Below are positions 58,692 through 64,000 of a stretch of DNA of 64,000 bases, one piece after another. The DNA lies in IMG/VR virus record IMGVR_UViG_3300043395_001986, positions 45,308 through 109,307 of that record; one strand, written 5' to 3'. Below the pieces are notes generated by a model. That model made no database searches and was not told the origin of the DNA. It saw only the letters and a list, made by a program, of their open reading frames with translations. A program made the position numbers and the translations under genes. Numbering within the stretch: the first letter of the stretch is position 1; the number at the start of each line of letters is the position of its first letter. The stretch is from a virus. Its lineage: Duplodnaviria; Heunggongvirae; Uroviricota; Caudoviricetes.

Positions 58692-61600
58692 ATGGCACAA
58701 CAAATATTGAATAAACGTGGTAGTTTAGACAGACTATCAGCAAACACCGGCTCAGCACAAAAAGGAGAAATCTTAATTGCAACCGGCTCTAGTAAATTAA
58801 ATAATGTAACAAACGGACAAGGTCTTGTTTTTGCAGCAGTAGAAAGTGGTTCGATTGTAGCCGCTAACAGAATATTGACAGGAAATACACCTCAAATATT
58901 CTCTGCATCTCAATACGGGCATTTAATGGACGGAGTTCCTTTTTATGCTAGTAGTAGCAAAACATTGTACTTATTGGGAGCAGATGGTAACACTGCAATA
59001 GATTTAAGTGGTAACATCTCTGATTTCAGTTCTTCGGTAAGTTCTTCATTTGCAAGTTTAAGTGCATCCGTAGCTTCCGTTACGGGAGATTTCAGTTCAT
59101 CAGTAGCAACTTCATTTAGTGCTAGTGCAGCAAGTGTAGCAGCATTAAGTGCATCAATCCATACAACTATTTTTGATTTTGGTGGATTGAGTTCATCAAT
59201 TGAACAATCTATTTCAGCAAGTTCTGCAAAAGCAGCTTCTGATTTACATTCATATAGTGCATCAGCAGCAACAACTGATAGTGCAAGTGCAGCATCAATT
59301 GCAGCATTAAGTGCAAGTGTGGCAAGTGTTACAGGTGACTTCAGTAGTTCAGTAGCAACTTCATTTTCTGCAAGTGCAGCTTCTCAAAATAATTTAAGTG
59401 CTTCGGTAGCAACTTCATTTAGTGCAAGTGCCGCTTCTCAAAATGATTTAAGTAGTTCGGTAGCAACAACAATTAGTAATTTAAGTTCTTCAATTGCAAC
59501 AACAGATTCAGCGAGTGCAGCTTACGCAGCATCTCAATTGAATTCAGTAAGTGGTGCGGTAGCAACAACTATTAATAATGTAAGTGGTGCGTTTGCAACA
59601 TCAACTTCTGCAAGTAATGCAGCAATTGCTTCATTGAGTGCAAGTGTAGCAAGTGTAACAGGAGATTTCAGTTCATCAGTAGCAACTTCATTTTCTGCAA
59701 GTACAGCTTCTCAAAATAATTTAAGTGCTTCATTAGCAACTACAATTAGTGCAAGTTCGGCAACGGCAGCATCTGATAATTTTAATTTAAGTAGTTCGGT
59801 AGCAACAACAATTAGTAATTTAAGTTCTTCTATTGCAACAACTGATAGTGCAAGTGCAGCTTCTCAAAATGATTTAAGTAGTTCGGTAGCAACAACAATT
59901 AGTAATTTAAGTTCTTCAATAGCAACAACTGATTCTGCATCTAAAGCCGAATATACATCATTTAGTGCAAGTGCAGCATCTCAATTTAATACATTTAGTT
60001 CTTCGCAAGCATCAGTAAATGCAACTTACGCAACAACTGGTTCAAATACATTCGTTGGAACCGAAGTAATTAGTGGTTCATTATATATTACAAATAATTT
60101 AGTAGTATATGGTTCTTCTTCGGTTCAAAATGTAACAGCAAGTGCAGTATCAATTGGTACTAACACTGTCGTTTTAAATACAGCAAATCCTGCAATTAGA
60201 TTTGGTGGTATACAAGTAATTGATTCTGGTTCTTCTCAAGCAACCGGTTCATTACTTTGGGATTCTGAAAATAATGTTTGGTTATATGCTAATCCAGTTG
60301 GAGCAGGATATGGTTCAGCTCGTTTAATTGCAGGACCTCAAAACACTGGTTCATTAGGTGAAGAGATTGGTTTATCAACAACATATGTTCCAGTAGCATT
60401 AGGTGATGACCATATTGGTGATTCAAACATTAAAGTTGTTGGTAACGAAGTAACAATCGAAGCTGGTAATTTATATGTAGAAGGTGCTTTAAGTGCTTCA
60501 ACTATAACTGGTATAGGAAATGTAGCAGACTTTAGTAGTTCAATTAGTGCATCAATTGCATCAATTAATACAAATTTAGGTAGTGGTGGTTCATTAGGAA
60601 CGAGAGTAGCAAATTTAGAAACTATCTCATCTTCTTATTTAGCATTTACACAATCATATTATAGTGATAGTTCATCATTTGATACAAGAATTAGTGCAAG
60701 TAAAGCAGAATACACATCATTCTCTGCAAGTGCAGCAAGTGATTTAAATAATGTAAGTTCTAGTGTAGCAACTTCATTCTCTGCAAGTGTAGCATCTCAA
60801 TTGGAGTTATCCGCGAGTATTGCAACGACCGATTCCGCAAGTGCAGCATATGCAGCATCACAATTATTAAATGTAAGTGGAGCATTTGCAACTTCTACTT
60901 CTGCAAGTAACGCAAGTATAGCAAGTTTAAGTGCATCCGTAGCTTCTGTTACGGGAGATTTCAGTAGTAGTGTAGCAACTTCATTTAGTTCGAGCAATGC
61001 AAATGTAACTTCAATTAGTGGAGCATTTGCAACTTCATTATCTGCAAGTAATGCAAATGTAACTTCAATTAGTGGAGCATTTGCAACTTCTACTTCTGCA
61101 AGTAATGCAGCTATTGAAGCGTTAAGTGCAAGTGTAGCAAGTACAACTGGTAACTTTAGTTCTTCAGTTGCAGGTAGATTAAATGTAATAGAAACAACAT
61201 ATGCAACAACTGGTTCAAATGTATTTCATGGTGACCAAACATTAACCGGTTCATTCTCAATGACGGGTACTGCAAACTTCAATAATGCAGTAGCAGTTAA
61301 TGATTCAAATATGAACTTGGGTAATAGTTCTTCATTGAATTTAACCGGTGGTTCTTCAATTTATGTAGCGGGTGTAGGTGTAATTAGTGGTAGTATCGTA
61401 GGTATAGGTAATGTAAGTGCGTATTCTGCATCAGTAGATAGTAGATTTAGTGCAAGTGCATTTGAATTATCAATATTATCAGCAAGTGTAGCATCAGTAG
61501 GTGGTACATTCAGTTCATCTGTTGCAACTACAATTTCTAATTTAAGTTCATCAATAGCAACAGACTTTAGTGCAAGTGCGGCTTATGCAGCATCTCAATT

Positions 61601-63470
61601 AAGTTCTGTAAGTGGTGCGGTAGCAACTTCATTAAGTGCAAGTAAAGCAGAATACACAGCATTCTCTGCAAGTTCAGCAACAGCATTAAATAATTTAAGT
61701 TCTTCAGTAGCATCTGATTTAAACACTTTAAGTTCATCTATATATCAAACAGATGCAACTCAAAGTAATAATATTTCAATTGTAAGTGCAAGTGCATGGG
61801 GAGCATTTCAAAGTGCAAGTTCATATAGTGGAAGTGCAGCAACCACCTTAAATAACTTCAGTTCATCGGTAGCAACAGACTTTAGTGCGAGCCAAGCGGC
61901 ACAAAATCAAATAATATCAGCTTCTCAATATGATGTGACAGTATTAAGTTCATCTGTTGCAACTTCTTTAAGTGCAAGTGCAGCAAACGTAACTAATATA
62001 AGTTCATCATTTGCAAGTAATATAAACACTTTAAGTGCATCAATATATCAAACAGATGCAACTCAAAGTAACGCAATAAATGCAAATTCTCAAAGTTTTG
62101 CAACTTCTTTAAGTGCAAGTGCAGCAAGTGTAACTGCATTAAGTTCTTCGGTAGCATCTGATTTAAATTCAGTAAGTGGTGCAGTAGCAACTTCTTTAAG
62201 TGCAAGTAAAGCAGAATACACATCATTTAGTGCAAGTGCAGCAAGCAATTTAAATAGTGTAAGTGGAGCATTTGCAACTTCTACATCAGCAAGTAATGCA
62301 GCTATTGCAGCGTTAAGTGCAAGTGTAGCAAGTACAACTGGTGATTTCAGTAGTTCAGTAGCAACTCAATTTAGTGCAAGTGCAGCAAGTGTAACTTCAT
62401 TAAGTTCTTCAGTAGCATCTGATTTAAATAATTTAAGTTCTTCATTAGTAACTTCAATTTCTGCAAGTAATGCAAATGAAGCAGTATGGAGTGCATCAAT
62501 AGCAGGTAGAGCAACTAAATTAGAAGCATCTCAATCGGCATTTGATACGGCATTCACTTTAAGTGGTTCAAGTGTAACTGTCAAAGGAAATTTAGTAGTT
62601 AATGGTACAACTACGACCGTTAATTCTACAACTATTGAATTGGGCGACAACATCATCAGTTTAAATGGTACAACTGCAGCATTCGGTGGTATTCAAATAA
62701 ATGACCAATTAGATGGTTCGAAAGTAAGTGGTTCATTATTATGGAACGCACAAGATGATTATTGGATAGCGGGTAAGAGTGGTAGTGAAGCAAAAATATT
62801 AGTGGCAGTAGGTGATAATGTAGTAAGTTCATCAGCACAAATAACATTAAGTTCTACAACAGGATTTAGTTCATTTGATACCGCAATTTCAACTTCATTC
62901 TCTGCAAGTAATGCAAGTATATCATCTTTATCTGCAAGTGTAGCAAGTGTAACTGGCGACTTTAGTTCATCTGTTGCAACTTCATTTAGTGCTAGTAATG
63001 CAAGTATTGCAGCATTAAGTGCGAGTGTAGCAAGTGTAACCGGAGATTTCAGTAGTAGTGTAGCAACTTCGTTTAGTGCAAGTGCAGCATCACAAACAGC
63101 ATTAAGTTCTTCAGTAGCAACCACTATTAGTAATTTAAGTTCTTCAGTAGCGACTTCATTCTCTGCTAGTTACTTTGAAATTGCAAATAATAGTTCATCA
63201 TTTGCAACTTCAGTATCAGCATCAAATGCAAGTATAGCAAGTTTAAGTGCAAGTGTAGCAAGTGTAACGGGAGATTTCAGTTCATCAGTAGCAACTTCGT
63301 TTAGTGCAAGTGCATTTAATTTAGAAGCATTAAGTGCATCAATATACTTAACTGACGCTACTCAAAGTACCGATATAACAAATAATAGTGCATCTTTTGC
63401 AACCGCAATAAGTTCAAGTAATTACAGAATTACAAACTTGGAGTTAGTAATTGATGGAGGTTCTTTCTAA
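58692..63470 (+). CDS. Giant Ser/Ala/Thr-repeat fibre protein (1592 aa)
   Basis: Long SAS/SSS repeats interrupted by beta-rich modules; ends IDGGSF. Confidence 0.8.
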   Translation: MAQQILNKRGSLDRLSANTGSAQKGEILIATGSSKLNNVTNGQGLVFAAVESGSIVAANRILTGNTPQIFSASQYGHLMDGVPFYASSSKTLYLLGADGNTAIDLSGNISDFSSSVSSSFASLSASVASVTGDFSSSVATSFSASAASVAALSASIHTTIFDFGGLSSSIEQSISASSAKAASDLHSYSASAATTDSASAASIAALSASVASVTGDFSSSVATSFSASAASQNNLSASVATSFSASAASQNDLSSSVATTISNLSSSIATTDSASAAYAASQLNSVSGAVATTINNVSGAFATSTSASNAAIASLSASVASVTGDFSSSVATSFSASTASQNNLSASLATTISASSATAASDNFNLSSSVATTISNLSSSIATTDSASAASQNDLSSSVATTISNLSSSIATTDSASKAEYTSFSASAASQFNTFSSSQASVNATYATTGSNTFVGTEVISGSLYITNNLVVYGSSSVQNVTASAVSIGTNTVVLNTANPAIRFGGIQVIDSGSSQATGSLLWDSENNVWLYANPVGAGYGSARLIAGPQNTGSLGEEIGLSTTYVPVALGDDHIGDSNIKVVGNEVTIEAGNLYVEGALSASTITGIGNVADFSSSISASIASINTNLGSGGSLGTRVANLETISSSYLAFTQSYYSDSSSFDTRISASKAEYTSFSASAASDLNNVSSSVATSFSASVASQLELSASIATTDSASAAYAASQLLNVSGAFATSTSASNASIASLSASVASVTGDFSSSVATSFSSSNANVTSISGAFATSLSASNANVTSISGAFATSTSASNAAIEALSASVASTTGNFSSSVAGRLNVIETTYATTGSNVFHGDQTLTGSFSMTGTANFNNAVAVNDSNMNLGNSSSLNLTGGSSIYVAGVGVISGSIVGIGNVSAYSASVDSRFSASAFELSILSASVASVGGTFSSSVATTISNLSSSIATDFSASAAYAASQLSSVSGAVATSLSASKAEYTAFSASSATALNNLSSSVASDLNTLSSSIYQTDATQSNNISIVSASAWGAFQSASSYSGSAATTLNNFSSSVATDFSASQAAQNQIISASQYDVTVLSSSVATSLSASAANVTNISSSFASNINTLSASIYQTDATQSNAINANSQSFATSLSASAASVTALSSSVASDLNSVSGAVATSLSASKAEYTSFSASAASNLNSVSGAFATSTSASNAAIAALSASVASTTGDFSSSVATQFSASAASVTSLSSSVASDLNNLSSSLVTSISASNANEAVWSASIAGRATKLEASQSAFDTAFTLSGSSVTVKGNLVVNGTTTTVNSTTIELGDNIISLNGTTAAFGGIQINDQLDGSKVSGSLLWNAQDDYWIAGKSGSEAKILVAVGDNVVSSSAQITLSSTTGFSSFDTAISTSFSASNASISSLSASVASVTGDFSSSVATSFSASNASIAALSASVASVTGDFSSSVATSFSASAASQTALSSSVATTISNLSSSVATSFSASYFEIANNSSSFATSVSASNASIASLSASVASVTGDFSSSVATSFSASAFNLEALSASIYLTDATQSTDITNNSASFATAISSSNYRITNLELVIDGGSF
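59020..63420 (+). repeat. Intragenic repeats (SASVASVTGDFSSSVATSFSAS; NLSSS[IV]ATT)
   Basis: About ten SASVAS[VT]TG[DN]FSSSVA copies and many 11- and 18-residue units, also visible in DNA (gcaagtgtagcaagtgtaac). Confidence 0.9.
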
Positions 63471-63499
63471 TATAACAAAGGAAAAAGGATAATAAAAAT

Positions 63500-64000
63500 A
63501 TGGCAACAGCAGTAACACAATCAATTTTATTAAGACGTTCAAATATAGCGGGAAAAGTTCCTACTACGTCATCACTTCAATTAGGTGAATTAGCATTAAA
63601 TACTAATGATGGTAGAGCCTTCATGAAAAAAGATGATGGTGTAAACGTAACCATTGAGCAATTTGTCGTAACTGGTGCAGAAGTAACCGGAAGTATTAAT
63701 ATATTAGGAACAGGTAGTTTTGGTCAATTAGAAATAAATGGTAATGCAAATTTTGACGGAAATGCACAATTTGTAACTGCTTCTGGATATTTTACTGGTT
63801 CATTCGGTGGTGATGGTAGCGGATTATATGGTATTACCGCATCAATGAGACCTGATGACTTTGATTTCAATAGACCAGAAGAAGCATTTGCAGGGACAGT
63901 TGGATATATTCAAGGAACAGGTTCAGCATATTCAGTTCAAGCAGTTAATACAGGAGTTGAATTACTTTATAATGATGTAATATTTAGTGCATTTACAAAT
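63500..64000 (+). CDS. Tail fibre-like protein, 3'-truncated (not in the ORF track)
   Basis: ATG at 63500: MATAVTQSILLRRSNIAGKVPTTSSLQLGELALNTNDGRAF, a common fibre N-terminal module; open to the window end. Confidence 0.75.
   Translation, partial: MATAVTQSILLRRSNIAGKVPTTSSLQLGELALNTNDGRAFMKKDDGVNVTIEQFVVTGAEVTGSINILGTGSFGQLEINGNANFDGNAQFVTASGYFTGSFGGDGSGLYGITASMRPDDFDFNRPEEAFAGTVGYIQGTGSAYSVQAVNTGVELLYNDVIFSAFTN

Noticed and set aside
316-63124. All other minus-strand ORFs and short nested + strand ORFs in the track
   Set aside because: They overlap well-supported + strand genes and show no recognisable motifs
59020-63420. CRISPR array or non-coding tandem repeat
   Set aside because: Repeats are in frame, vary at synonymous positions and have no repeat-spacer structure
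1-64000. Alternative genetic code (stop-codon reassignment)
   Set aside because: Genes are intact and tightly packed under the standard bacterial code, with no fragmentation
1-64000. tRNA or rRNA genes
   Set aside because: Intergenic gaps are short and AT-rich; no cloverleaf or T-loop signature seen

Overview
A 64-kb, AT-rich, gene-dense segment of a large T4-like dsDNA phage, with all credible genes on the + strand. The likely host is Bacteroidota: there are two exact TTTG-N20-TAnnTTTG promoters, almost no Shine-Dalgarno sequences and a Bacteroidota-type ribosomal protein bS21. Layout: probable baseplate/structural genes (1-5 kb); T7-type endonuclease I, primase and a fused Mre11-Rad50 (5-9.7 kb); a repeat tail fibre with an S74 chaperone (9.7-14 kb); a ~20-kb glycan synthesis/modification island (14-34.7 kb); a six-module 1360-aa probable internal head polyprotein; the head module (terminase, portal, protease, bS21, scaffold, major capsid, neck); and very Ser/Ala/Thr-rich fibre proteins (55.5-64 kb). 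Main hypothesis: a phage-encoded virion O-glycosylation system acting on [S/T]-[G/A/S/Q]-S motifs, which pervade predicted outer virion proteins. Also notable: context-dependent avoidance of ACNGT and GATC, a late-promoter motif that is the reverse complement of the T4 one, and a bS21 lacking the anti-SD-sequestering Tyr. All calls are by-eye motif recognition; no searches were run.
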